A DNA stretch of 64,000 nt from Amoebidium appalachense (Eukaryota > Protista > Ichthyosporea). A program made the translations under genes and the position numbers. Position 1 is the stretch's first letter. The number at the start of each line of letters is the position of its first letter. Positions 39,827 to 59,068 of this stretch are shown here, piece by piece. The notes beneath the pieces are model-generated. The model had not been told where the DNA came from and made no database searches. It worked only from the letters and a program-made list of their open reading frames with translations. The stretch covers positions 8,137,179 to 8,201,178 of the forward strand of contig CAVNZM010000005.1 in NCBI GenBank assembly GCA_963693365.1, written 5' to 3'.

Positions 39827-40417
39827 CCCCTCCCAATCCTGCAGTTGCCGGATCTGCCAAATGTTATGACCCTTTTCCCTTTCATTTAACCCCCCTCCTC
39901 CCCCCTCCCCCCACTCCCCCCCCCCCCCCCCCCCCCCCCCTCCTTCTTTCTGGCCCCCCTCCCACGGGGCACCCTGGGCAGTGGCGGCGGTAGCATCCCC
40001 CCCCCCCCCCCCCCCCCCCCCCCCCGTCGAAATTGCAAAGTGAGGTAATGGGTATGAGCAAATTATGTGGGAAGTGATGGGAGTGGGGCCAGCCCAAATA
40101 AGTTAAATTCATTTATTTTGCCAGAAGGAGGCAGCCTGTATGGCAACTATGAACAGCTAAGTAGGTAAACCTACCCCTCCCCCCCCTTCCCCCCCCTTCT
40201 GCCTTCCCCTCCCCCTTAGAAACCCCCCGCCCCCCTCCCCCCCAGCTACCCCCCCCCCCCCCACCCCTTTTTTTTAATTATTTTGCCATCCCCCCCCCCC
40301 CCCCTCCCCCCTCCCCCTGCTGCCCCCTGTGTCCTTCATGTCAAGGACCTGAATATTTATGACATGGTGCACGTGGTACCAAAAGCAGTGAATGGTGGTG
40401 TGTTGTGATTAATGTAA

Positions 40418-40950
40418 TCAGGGGGGGTTGAAGATATTGCGAATGTAGGGAGAAACGACATTGAAGGTGTAGGCAATGGCATTTGCAGAAATGTCATTTT
40501 CATGTACACAGATAAGTATGTGTCTACGTGTGCGGACACGGCCTAGTGCCACATAGAGTTGACCGTGAGCAAACACAGGAGTACGTAAATACAAACCGCA
40601 GACGTCGAGGGTTTGGCCTTGGGATTTGTTAATGGTGAGTCCGTAGGCAAGCTTTAAAGGATACTGTTTTCTATTCACTGTTACACCTCGGGTTGGTTGA
40701 AATTGGAAGGTAAATCTAGGTATGAGAACAGACTCGACAGATCCTAAGGAATCAACTATGCGGTCGCAACGAATGTAGTAATTGTATAGTTCCCTTATGA
40801 TTAGTTTTGTGCCATTGACCAATTGGTGGTGGATGGAGAGGTTTCGCATGAGCATAACTACAGCACCTACCTTGAAAACGAATTTATGGTCAGGTATTCC
40901 TGGGTGGTGCACTGACGCCAAGAAGTCTTCCGTTGGTGAATTTGACGGGC
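40418..40950 (-). pseudogene. Helitron PIF1-family helicase, C-terminal fragment (5'-truncated)
   Basis: PTEDFLASVHHPGIPDHKFVFKVGAVVMLMRNL..LVNGTKL..VLIPR..RKQYPLKLAYGLTINKSQGQTLDVCGLYLRTPVFAHGQLYVALGRV matches Pif1 domain 2B and motifs V/VI typical of Helitron RepHel. Walker A/B and Rep are absent. Confidence 0.92.
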
Positions 40951-41412
40951 ATAACAATACTCCGGGTAGAAACGCCGGCCACAAATAAGCCAAAATAAAA
41001 GTGTGGTAGCAACTAGACGACTTCTAGGTAATACCGCATCACGAACGAACTGCGGCGCTGTGCGTGGCGTATCGTGCCTAAAGCCCAAAATCCCCCTAAA
41101 TCTATGCGCTTGGCGGAGTTCTGCATACATGATTTTGCGGAATTGGTACGGTGCAGAAGGATTCCGGCAGGGCTGTAATTTTCGCCGTAACGATAGCCAT
41201 ACAACATACATGAAAACGCGCTAACGAATAACTTCGGGTAAAAACCTTCTAGAAATGATTATCAAAAAAAAAAAAAAGAGGGACATAAAAGAGGTGGAAT
41301 TTAGGTCCATTTTCTATAAAAAGGGGACCTTCGTCTTCCTGCTGTCACCACATCCACATTTCAACACCCCGTTCACAGCTCGTTGATTCACGGACAGTGA
41401 CACGTCGTGAAA

Positions 41413-42561
41413 ATGAATCTGCACCCACACATGATGCATGCATCCTTCCTTATGGATGTCCTCTCGGTTGTGATGCTTCCCACCAACCTTAAGCCCGGTG
41501 AGAGGCACACCGCTGCTATGGTCAAGGGCAGGAACACCACCATGTGCCTGAATGCCACGAACAACGCCGAACCCAACATGCAGATCGTCGTCATGGTGTT
41601 CAACAACGAGAAGGACCCCAAGTACTTGGAGATGGCCAAAAACAGTGCTGGTAGCGTCGTCCATGTGCAGGGCCGTTTGTCTGCCAATGTGGAAACATTT
41701 GTCGACCGTAACCGCCCTGGAGCCACCCATGTGATCAAGGGTGCCGGGATCGTCACCCAAGTTGTCTCGGCAGCTCATAAGGCCGCATTCAAGACCATGG
41801 TTGCACCCCACATGTGGAGTGCGTATGGCGCCGTTGTGCTCGGGATTGAGAAAGTCTACAAACCCAAGATCAACCTGACAGACGCCGATGCAGCGCTGGC
41901 AAGTGTGGATATGAAGTGCATGGGGCGCATCTATGAGGTCGGGAATAAGGTGGATCGTTACATTGGTCAACCCGTGTGCATGGTGCGTGCCGTTGCCAAG
42001 ATGCTCCGTAACAAAGACGGCACCCTTGACCACGTACTGGAGGGAGGCATCGTCCAGGCGTCCGGTGAGCTTACCTACATCCAGGGCAAGAACATTTTCG
42101 TTCTCGACACCACTGTGGGTGGGACATGTGTGCTCGTGCGGGGACCGGCTGCCACTACTGCTGCCACACCCACTGGATCCGACATCAAACTGGGCAACCT
42201 GCAGCTGTCTGGGGCGAGCAACTCTGCCCTTCGTGGATTGGCTGCTATTCTATCCTATGATGATGTGAACGAGGAAAACGGGGAGAAGGAAGACATGAAC
42301 GAGGACGAGCCCGTTGCCACCCCTACCAAGAAACGTAAGATGGGGGCAAAGCTTTTCCTGTCGACCGACGACGACGACGTCCCTCTGAAGGATATTGCAG
42401 CCATCAAGAAAACCAAGGACAACGACAATTTGATGGGCCGCGTCAATTCCGATGTTGACGAGCCCGAGGATTCCAATTCGGAGGGAGAAGACGGTGACGA
42501 TGACATCGAGGAAGATTACGGCTTGCTCGATGGTGCAGCCATTTTCAACGTTGAGGATTAA
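41413..42561 (+). CDS. Intronless 382-aa Helitron-borne protein; putative tandem OB-fold ssDNA-binding protein with NLS and acidic tail
   Basis: Uninterrupted ORF with normal composition in AT-rich flanks. Two GxxVxxxGxL motifs (GSVVHVQGRL, GGIVQASGEL) in beta-rich segments, TPTKKRK, and a D/E-rich C-terminus. The ORF is well supported; the fold is inferred. Confidence 0.7.
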   Translation: MNLHPHMMHASFLMDVLSVVMLPTNLKPGERHTAAMVKGRNTTMCLNATNNAEPNMQIVVMVFNNEKDPKYLEMAKNSAGSVVHVQGRLSANVETFVDRNRPGATHVIKGAGIVTQVVSAAHKAAFKTMVAPHMWSAYGAVVLGIEKVYKPKINLTDADAALASVDMKCMGRIYEVGNKVDRYIGQPVCMVRAVAKMLRNKDGTLDHVLEGGIVQASGELTYIQGKNIFVLDTTVGGTCVLVRGPAATTAATPTGSDIKLGNLQLSGASNSALRGLAAILSYDDVNEENGEKEDMNEDEPVATPTKKRKMGAKLFLSTDDDDVPLKDIAAIKKTKDNDNLMGRVNSDVDEPEDSNSEGEDGDDDIEEDYGLLDGAAIFNVED

Positions 42562-43147
42562 CTTCCAGTGCTGCAGTGCCCATAGCCCATTTCCACTATG
42601 TATTGTTTGTAATAATATATTTTGATTTATTTGACGTTATCTAATACTATTGGGGATAGAACAAACAAACCAAAACAATGATGTTCTGTTTAGTTGTGGG
42701 AATTAATTGCATGGAATTTTAATAGCACTGTGTTATCAGTCTAGGGAGAGATTGCCATTGCCGAAGTACCAAGTTTACTTGTGGTCCTCCAAAAACATGT
42801 AGCTGAAAACCACCAAGTGCAATATGTTTTAAATTGCTTGCAAAAATTTTATAATATTATTATTATCTTGTTGTTTTACTTATTTTACAGAACTGTATGG
42901 TAACCCCCTTTGTGATATGTATGGGCACGCAATAAAACTTTCCACGTGCACTGAGTGCCAGGTGGGCAAGATATTTCCGTGCATACTTGCTTATCTTTCC
43001 GTCGAATAAATCCAGTCAAAAGAAAGAAAAATTGGCACCCCCCCGAAATGTTCCCGAACATAAAATCATCATTCTACGGTGTGTGTCAATATACCATGCT
43101 CACAAGTCAGTACTGCAATTATACTATTCTCAGTTTACTTCAAAGCA

Positions 43148-43182
<35 letters not shown>

Positions 43183-43682
43183 CCCCTCTTCCCATTCCCT
43201 GCCCCCCCAAATTTTTTTAAGTTATGCTTTTCATACTCAGTGACTGCAATCATGGCACCCGTGTTTTCTAGATATATTTCCTTTCATTGTGTTCAACGTC
43301 TATGTGTGTGTGTGTGTGTGTGTGTGTGCATGTTTGTGTGTGTGTGAATGTGTGTGTGTGGGCCAAGTTAAGGTTGTATGCGCTTCTTTCTTCTTAGTTG
43401 TTTTTGTATTCTATTCGATTATTACTTTGTGTGTAAATGTGGAAAAAAAACAAATAAAAAAACAACGACCACCGCCCAGCTTGAATCACCCTAGCTCTAG
43501 TGTAAAACAATAATCATTATCAGTCACAAACCCTTCTACTACACTCGCCCCAAATGTCATATTCACATTACTGAGTTGATTTAGTTGTGTTTTTTACTCT
43601 ATTTTTTTCAACAACTGTCTGCTATTAAACAGTAAAATGTACATCTGTTTGTGTGTGTGTGTGTGTGTGTGTGCCACAGGCC

Positions 43683-43730
<48 letters not shown>

Positions 43731-43891
43731 ATATAGAATTTACCGTCCTCATCCCCGTGTCCCCCTAAACCGGTGTTAGCGGACCTTTGAGGTTTTTGTG
43801 ATTGGATTGGTAGTTCTATTACATTAAAATTTTCAAAATGTCGTTGTACCAATGATATAATACGTTGTAAAACAAATGTCGCCGAATTTCT

Positions 43892-44600
43892 CTAAAAAAA
43901 GTGCGTTCCATTCTGGGTTAGAAACCCAGACCGTTTTGATACGGGAATCACCTGATCTCTGCCGTCATTCAGCCCAGCGCGTTCACAGTGAATCCGAAAC
44001 CGCTGGTTTTTTTCTTTTTATTTCAAAGCCCCGAGTACGTACATCCTCTCGGGCCCAACTTTACGGCACTATATTTCAATTTTCTCATTATCAAATATAT
44101 AGTTATTTTAGGCTTTTTCATTAGTATCGCAAGAATATTTAGCGATTTTGATGTCATAAAAACAACTAAGCAACGTTTCGATGGTTTTTGATGCCTCACA
44201 AAATTGCCTTAGGTCCCCTCCAAATTCCGGATTTGAGGTCCGGCACTAAAAAAGGTGCGTTCCATTCTGGGTTAGAAACGAAAACCGTTTTGATACGGGG
44301 ATCACCTGATCTCTGCCGTCATTCAGCCCAGCGCGTTCACAGTAGACTCCGAAACCGCTGGTTTTTTTCTTTTTACTTCAAAGCCCCGAGTACGTACATC
44401 CTCTCGGGCCCAACTTTAGGGCACTATATTTCAATTTTCTCATTATCAAATATATAGTTATTTTAGGCTTTTTCATTAGTATCGCAAGAATATTTAGCGA
44501 TTTTGATGTCATAAAAACAACTAAGCAACGTTTCGATGGTTTTTGATGCCTCACAAAATGGCCTTTGGTCCCCTCCAAATTCCGGATTTGAGGTCCGGCA
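43892..44600. repeat. Tandem duplication of about 354 bp in the 5' subterminal region of Helitron B
   Basis: Units 43892-44245 and 44246-44600 are near-identical. Copy C has a single inverted unit (about 44679-45038). Confidence 0.92.
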
Positions 44601-44653
44601 AACAACGCATTATATATATTGTTAATATAATGCGTTGTTTGCCGGACCTCAAA

Positions 44654-45200
44654 TCAACAATATATATAATGCGTTGTTTGCCGGACCTCAAATCCGGAAT
44701 TTGGAGGGGACCTAAGCCCATTTTGTGAGGCATCAAAAACCATCGAAACATTGCTTAGTTGTTTTTATGACATCAAATTCGCTAAATATTCTTGCGATAC
44801 TAATGAAAAAGCCTAAAATAACTATATATATGATAATGAGAAAACTGAAATATAGTGCCCTAAAGTTGGGCCCGAGAGGATGTACGTACTCGGGGCTTTG
44901 AAATAAAAAGAAAAAAACCAGCGGTTTCGGAGTCTACGTATACTGTGAACACGCTGGGCTGAATGACGGCAGAGATCAGGTGATTCCCGTATCAAAACGG
45001 TTTTCGTTTCTAACCCAGAATGGAACGTACTTTTTTTAGAGAAATTCGGCGACATTTGTTTTACGAAGTACCATATCATTGGTACAACGACATTTTGAAA
45101 CTTTTAATGTAATAGAACTACCAATCCAATCACAAAAACCTCAAAGGTCTGCTAACACCGGTTTAGGGGGACACGGGGATGAGGACGGTAAATTCTATAT

Positions 45201-45275
<75 letters not shown>

Positions 45276-46211
45276 GGCCTGTGGCACACACACACACACA
45301 CACACACAAACACATGTACATTTTAGTGTTTAATAGCTATAGGCAGACAGTTGTTGGAAAAAAATAGAGTAGAAAACACAACTAAATCAACTCAGTAATG
45401 TGAATATGACATTTAGGGCGAGTGTACTAGAAGGGTTTGTGGCTGATAATGATTATTTTTTTACACTAGAGCTAGGGTGATTCAACCTCTCCATCCACCA
45501 CCAATTGGTCAATGGCGCAAAAGTAATCATACAGTTACTACATTCGTTGCGACCGCATAGTTGATTCCTTAGGATCTGTCGAGTCTGTTCTCATACCTAG
45601 ATTTACCTTCCAATTTCAACCAACCCGAGGTGTAACAGTGAATAGAAAACAGTATCCTCTAAAGCTTGCCTACGGACTCACCATTAACAAGTCCCAAGGC
45701 CAAACCCTCGACGTCTGCGGTTTGTATTTACGTACCCCGGTGTTTGCTCACGGTCAACTCTATGTGGCACTTGGCCGTGTCCGCACACGTAGACACATAC
45801 TTATCTGTGTACATGAAAATGACAAAGTTTCTGCAAATGTCATTGCCTACACCGTCAATGTCGTTTCTCCCTACATTCGCAATATCTTCAACCCCCCCTG
45901 ATTACATAATCACAACACACCATCAGTCACTGCTTTTGGTACCACCATGTCATAAATATTCAGGTCCTTGAGATGAAGGACGCAGGGGGCAGCAGGGCGA
46001 GGGGGGGGGGGGGGGGGGGGGGGTTGAAGGGGGAGGGGAAGGGGGGGAGGGGGGGGGGGGGTAGGTTTACCTACTTAGCTGTGCATAGTTGCCATACAGG
46101 CTGCCTCCTTCTGGCAAAATATATAAATTTAACTTATTTGGGCTGGCCCCACTCCCATCACTTCCCACCATCATTTGCTCATAGCCATCCCCGATCACTT
46201 TGCAATTTCGA

Positions 46212-46265
<54 letters not shown>

Positions 46266-46586
46266 TACATAGTGTGCTACCGCCGCCACTGCCCAGGGTC
46301 CCCCGTGGGAGGGGGGCAAGAAAGGGGGGGGGGGGGGGGGGTTAAATGAAAGGGGAAAGGGTCATAACATTTGGCAGATCCGGCAACTGCAGGATTGGGG
46401 GGGGGGGAAGCATGACACACAGGGCCAGGGGGGGGGGGGGGGGGGAAGCGTGAGGCGGGGGGGCCAGGGAGGGGGGGGGGGGCCGGGGGGGGGAGGGGGG
46501 AGGGAGGTAACAACCACACAACCCAACAACAATAACTGTCTCGTTATGTTTTGGCGCCGGCGACAGCCGGCGCACAGACCTACTTG
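44654..46586 (+). mobile_element. Helitron C (about 1.93 kb), inverted and further-deleted sister of B
   Basis: 5' end A|TCAACAATATATATAATGCG. 44654-45485 is the reverse complement of B's 5' arm and 45484-46586 of B's 3' arm. Hairpin at 46554-46573, 9-nt spacer, CTTG (46583-46586)|T. Confidence 0.88.
45486..45901 (+). pseudogene. Second PIF1 helicase C-terminal fragment, frameshifted
   Basis: RKQYPLKLAYGLTINKSQGQTL..HGQLYVALGRV. Relative to B it has an 11-nt deletion near 45530 and a 3-nt insertion near 45825. Confidence 0.9.
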
Positions 46587-46649
46587 TACACATAATCCAT
46601 GCATATACGTATACATACACATAATCCATGCATATACGTATACATACAC
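46587..46649. repeat. 30-bp minisatellite (CATAATCCATGCATATACGTATACATACA-type), right half; left half at about 38346-38401
   Basis: The same unit occurs in the same orientation on both sides of the Helitron cluster. Confidence 0.85.
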
Positions 46650-47012
46650 GACATAGAGAATTTTACTTGCGCAATGCATGCGTACACACATCAGATGAGG
46701 TGTTCTGGCTATTTTGAATGTTTTCGATTGTTAGAACAAGTCCTTTCGGACAGTACAGCATGACACATACACACGACATAAGCCCCCCACACGTGTGCAA
46801 TGCGCACAACCGACAAACAGAATCCACACATGCCATGCATGTATTCCTGGCACACTGTATTTTTACTTTGTACACGAAATACAGAATTCGATGTATGTAC
46901 AGGACATCTTACACTAATGGTATTGACTAGGGATTTATCGAACTGGCTGTGCACGGCTGCTGGCCAAAACCCAATTCAAGCGCAAGTGGGTTGTGTGTAC
47001 CAGCACCCCCCC

Positions 47013-47255
47013 ATGTGGGCTGTGTGGGTAACTAAACCCGTGATCATGTGGGCTGTGTGGGTAACTAAACCCGTGATCATGTGGGCTGTGTGGGTAACTA
47101 AACCCGTGATCATGTGGGCTGTGTAGGTAACTAAACCCGTGATCATGTGGGCTGTGTGGGTAACTAAACCCGTGATCATGTGGGCTGTGTGGGTAACTAA
47201 ACCCGTGATCATGTGGGCTGTGTGGGTAACTAAACCCGTGATCATGTGGGCTGTA
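47013..47255. repeat. 33-bp minisatellite (CATGTGGGCTGTGTGGGTAACTAAACCCGTGAT), about 7 copies
   Basis: Direct tandem repeats with no spacers. Confidence 0.95.
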
Positions 47256-47568
47256 TGGATATGTACCCCCCGACCACAAGTTATGGTGTGTGTGTGTATC
47301 CTCTCTCATGCGGGTTTTGATAAATGCATCCCCACTCAGGTAGGTCGTGTGTATAAGTGCATCCCCAGGAGGGTAGCGTGGATCAGTGTGTCCCCAACCA
47401 TATGGATTGTGAGGATAAGTGCAAGACCAACCATGTTGGTTGTGCATAGTATATGTGTACCTGCATCGTGCGGGTTACATGGATAAGTGCAGGCCCGGTC
47501 ACTATCTCCCAATCCACACCTTTAGGACGTGCCTAGAAAGGCAAGCAGTGGCCGGGTGTTCCTAAGAC

Positions 47569-56042
<8,474 letters not shown>

Positions 56043-56202
56043 CGTGCCGGTTGCTGCCTGCCCTGCGCCCTGTGTGTGATATGTGCCCTGTTCCCTGTGT
56101 CTCTATGCTCAATCGACGCTCCCTGCCACTCCTACCGAATGTCTGCGTGAGCTATAGTGACTGTGCAGGCTGCGCCGGCCCGCCTCTTTTACCCCCGGTC
56201 AA

Positions 56203-56230
56203 TGTGGGCACCCGCCGGCGGGTGCCCACA
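56203..56230. promoter_or_regulatory. Perfect 28-bp palindrome TGTGGGCACCCGCCGGCGGGTGCCCACA upstream of arrestin
   Basis: Self reverse-complementary, about 160 bp upstream of the arrestin ATG. Related GTGGGTACCCAC at about 56268. Function is inferred. Confidence 0.5.
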
Positions 56231-56309
56231 CGATCGCCGCCAAAATCTGTCGCCAATTAGTAAACCAGTGGGTACCCACACCCCCAAAAAAACTGTATAT
56301 ATATCCTTG

Positions 56310-56579
56310 GGGGGGTTTACGCTGTTTACTCGAGGCAAAGAGAACCAGTCTCAGGTATGGGGGGGGGGGGGTTTGCTCGGAATATCCCCTCAGCGGTATA
56401 TCATGATCACGTACATAGATGTCGGGTGGTGACTATATATCAGGGTTTACTTTCTCTACGAGACACCATAAAGACTACAAGGAGAAATCAATTAGTTGGG
56501 GTTCCCCGTTTTTTTTTTTTTTTTTTTTTTTTTTGTTTTTTTTAAAGGGGCTCCCCTCGGGACACTCGGTATCAGCTGG

Positions 56580-56620
<41 letters not shown>

Positions 56621-57350
56621 TGTGTGTGTGTGCGCGTGCGCTATAATTTTGTAGTGTTGTGTTTCTCAAGCCAATCAATACATCTAATAAACAGGTCGTA
56701 GTTACGCGTGTTTAGTATAAAATCAAGGATGTTGTAATTTATATCCTTGAGGAGTCTTTCCGCTCGCAGGGGAAGAGTGGGTGCAAAACCTATGGTTGTA
56801 ACATGAAGTAAACAAACAAAAGCCATGGCGGCTAGTGTTTATTTGAGGGTTTATTAATGAGTTATATGATTTTTTCGATCACCAAAATACAGTATACTTT
56901 TGGGACTCGTCTGACTAGCCAAACATAGGCGTTCGACTGAAGATCTGGATCCAAACAACGTGAGGTTGTGCTCGGGATCCGGCCCCGCTCCCTTCCATCT
57001 ACCAGTATCCCTACGTGCTTTTCTTGCACCTTTCAAATAAAGCCAAAAAAGGTTACAAAAGCAAAGAAGCCTGGCGACAGCCACTTAGAGAAGTGAAAAG
57101 TCACGCCTCAGTCATGGCGGATTCCGCAGCTGTCGGTTTGGGTCCTGTTGTGTTTTGGGCAAGGCCTCCTAAATAGCACACCTTTGGGTGCCGTTTTGCA
57201 CGCGGGAGTGATATTAGTACACATAAAAATAAAAAAGAGTAAGAGTAATTTCCCATGTGTATATATCTGATTCGAAAGCAAAACCTTGCTTACATGTGCT
57301 AACACTTCTCCTAACCTTGCCGTCAGCAGCATGTACCAAGGGAGGAACGG
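56310..57350 (-). mobile_element. Interspersed repeat, probably a degenerate 3' end of a non-LTR retrotransposon
   Basis: 56310-56668 is repeated at 63645-64000. Broken minus-strand frames VARLL..RRDTGRWKG..ERLC and RLLKDINYNILDFILNT..* loosely resemble LINE ORF2 C-termini. No RT core recognised. Confidence 0.45.
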
Positions 57351-57603
57351 CATTATGGTGTTCTATCTTTGGTTCCATTGGCTCTCAAGGCACCAACACT
57401 GTGTATACAACTGCCCAAACATGGGTTTAGTAAACAAACTCACGGTTCTTGACCTACGGTAGGCGTTGTTCAGACCGTTCATTCACGATGTAAGGCCTTC
57501 TTGACCCGACCCATGCACACGTATATGTCTATAAATGGCATCTATTCGGGGCAGAACATTATGCACAGGGCATGCTAACACATACTAATACGGTCCGGAC
57601 AAT

Positions 57604-57636
<33 letters not shown>

Positions 57637-57665
57637 CACAAACACACACAGACACACACACACGT

Positions 57666-57709
<44 letters not shown>

Positions 57710-57865
57710 ACACACGTGACAACACACACACGTGTACACACACACACACACACGTGTACACACACGCATGCACACAGACCCCGCACACGTGTCCACACAC
57801 ACACACAAACTGCTCCGAGCACACACAAACACGTGTGTGCACTGTGACAGGCACATACACACACG

Positions 57866-57950
<85 letters not shown>

Positions 57951-58760
57951 GTGACACACACACACACACACACACATGCACACATGCACGCCCGCGCGCA
58001 CAGACATGTGGCACACCACATACAAGCACTCTGCATATGCACACACGCACCCACAAATACGCACACGAAAACACACACAAACACACACACACACACACAC
58101 GCACACACAAACACACAGACACGTGACACACACACACACACACAAAACCAGGCGCGCGAACCGTTTGAAACAGGTTTGACACAAGCAACATAAGCACGCA
58201 CATGTGCGCATCGTAACCCAGGCACACACACAAAAAACGTTAAAAAATGCACACCACCGTGAACACACACACCTTGATCTACGGACAGACACAGAATACA
58301 CGCACGCGCACACACATGCACACACACACACAGTTACAGACACACGTTGTCACCCAAACAGAACAGATGCCCTATTCACTTGCGCACATATATGACACAC
58401 ACGCACACACACTCTCACGCATGCGTGAACACACACGCGCGTGCACACCGTGTCATACATTTGAGTCAGAACCCACACCGCGCCGGTAATTGTCGGACCG
58501 TGAAACACAAACACACAAACGCACACACATGCACACACACACACACACACACACACATGCACGTGCACACCCACATGCACACACACTGCACGTTACACAC
58601 ACTGTCACGCACACACACACACACACACTAACACACACACACAGACACACACCCACAGACACACGCACACACACGTGACACACACACACACACACACAGA
58701 CACACACGGCCAGTGGCCGATGGGTGATCTATGTCCTGGGTGATCGTTAATTTTTCCGTT

Positions 58761-58832
<72 letters not shown>

Positions 58833-58867
58833 CGCTCTCTCTCTCTTTCTCGCTCTCTCTCTCTCTC

Positions 58868-58898
<31 letters not shown>

Positions 58899-59037
58899 CC
58901 CTATTAGGGGGGAAAGAGGGAGGAAGAGGGAAGAATGAAGGAGAGCGAAGAAGGCAACGAGCAAGATTTCTTGGAGAGAGTGTTGTGATACACCAGTCAC
59001 TGTGATTGCACGTGGGGGGGGGGGGGGGGGGGGGGGG

Positions 59038-59068
<31 letters not shown>

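Larger units (their letters stand above)
39612..44625 (-). mobile_element. Internally deleted Helitron B (about 5.0 kb) with Pif1 remnant and an antisense OB-fold-like ORF
   Basis: On the minus strand: 5' TTAACAATATATATAATGCG (TC in the sister copy C), Pif1 C-terminal coding remnant, perfect hairpin GCGCCGGC-GACA-GCCGGCGC (39625-39644), 9-nt spacer, CTTG|T. No HUH Rep motifs seen. Confidence 0.85.

Noticed and set aside
40418-40993. Functional host PIF1 gene
   Set aside because: Only the C-terminal ~175 aa is present, without introns, inside element termini and duplicated.
41314-42033. 239-aa minus-strand ORF
   Set aside because: It is an antisense shadow of the 382-aa plus-strand ORF, with no recognisable motifs.
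43481-45485. Viral or linear-plasmid hairpin telomere, or protelomerase site
   Set aside because: The arms are better explained as 5' ends of two Helitron copies, each leading to a Pif1 remnant and a hairpin-CTTG end. No viral, polB or protelomerase gene is present.
39612-46586. One TIR or foldback transposon, or an autonomous Helitron
   Set aside because: There is no TSD or DDE transposase and the arms are diverged. No HUH Rep or Walker motifs are present, so it is not autonomous.
56300-56749. TATATCCTTG 10-bp direct repeat as the TSD of a 430-bp element
   Set aside because: A LINE-like reading frame runs across the right-hand copy, and a similar 9-mer flanks the 63645 copy. It may be chance or part of the element; unresolved.
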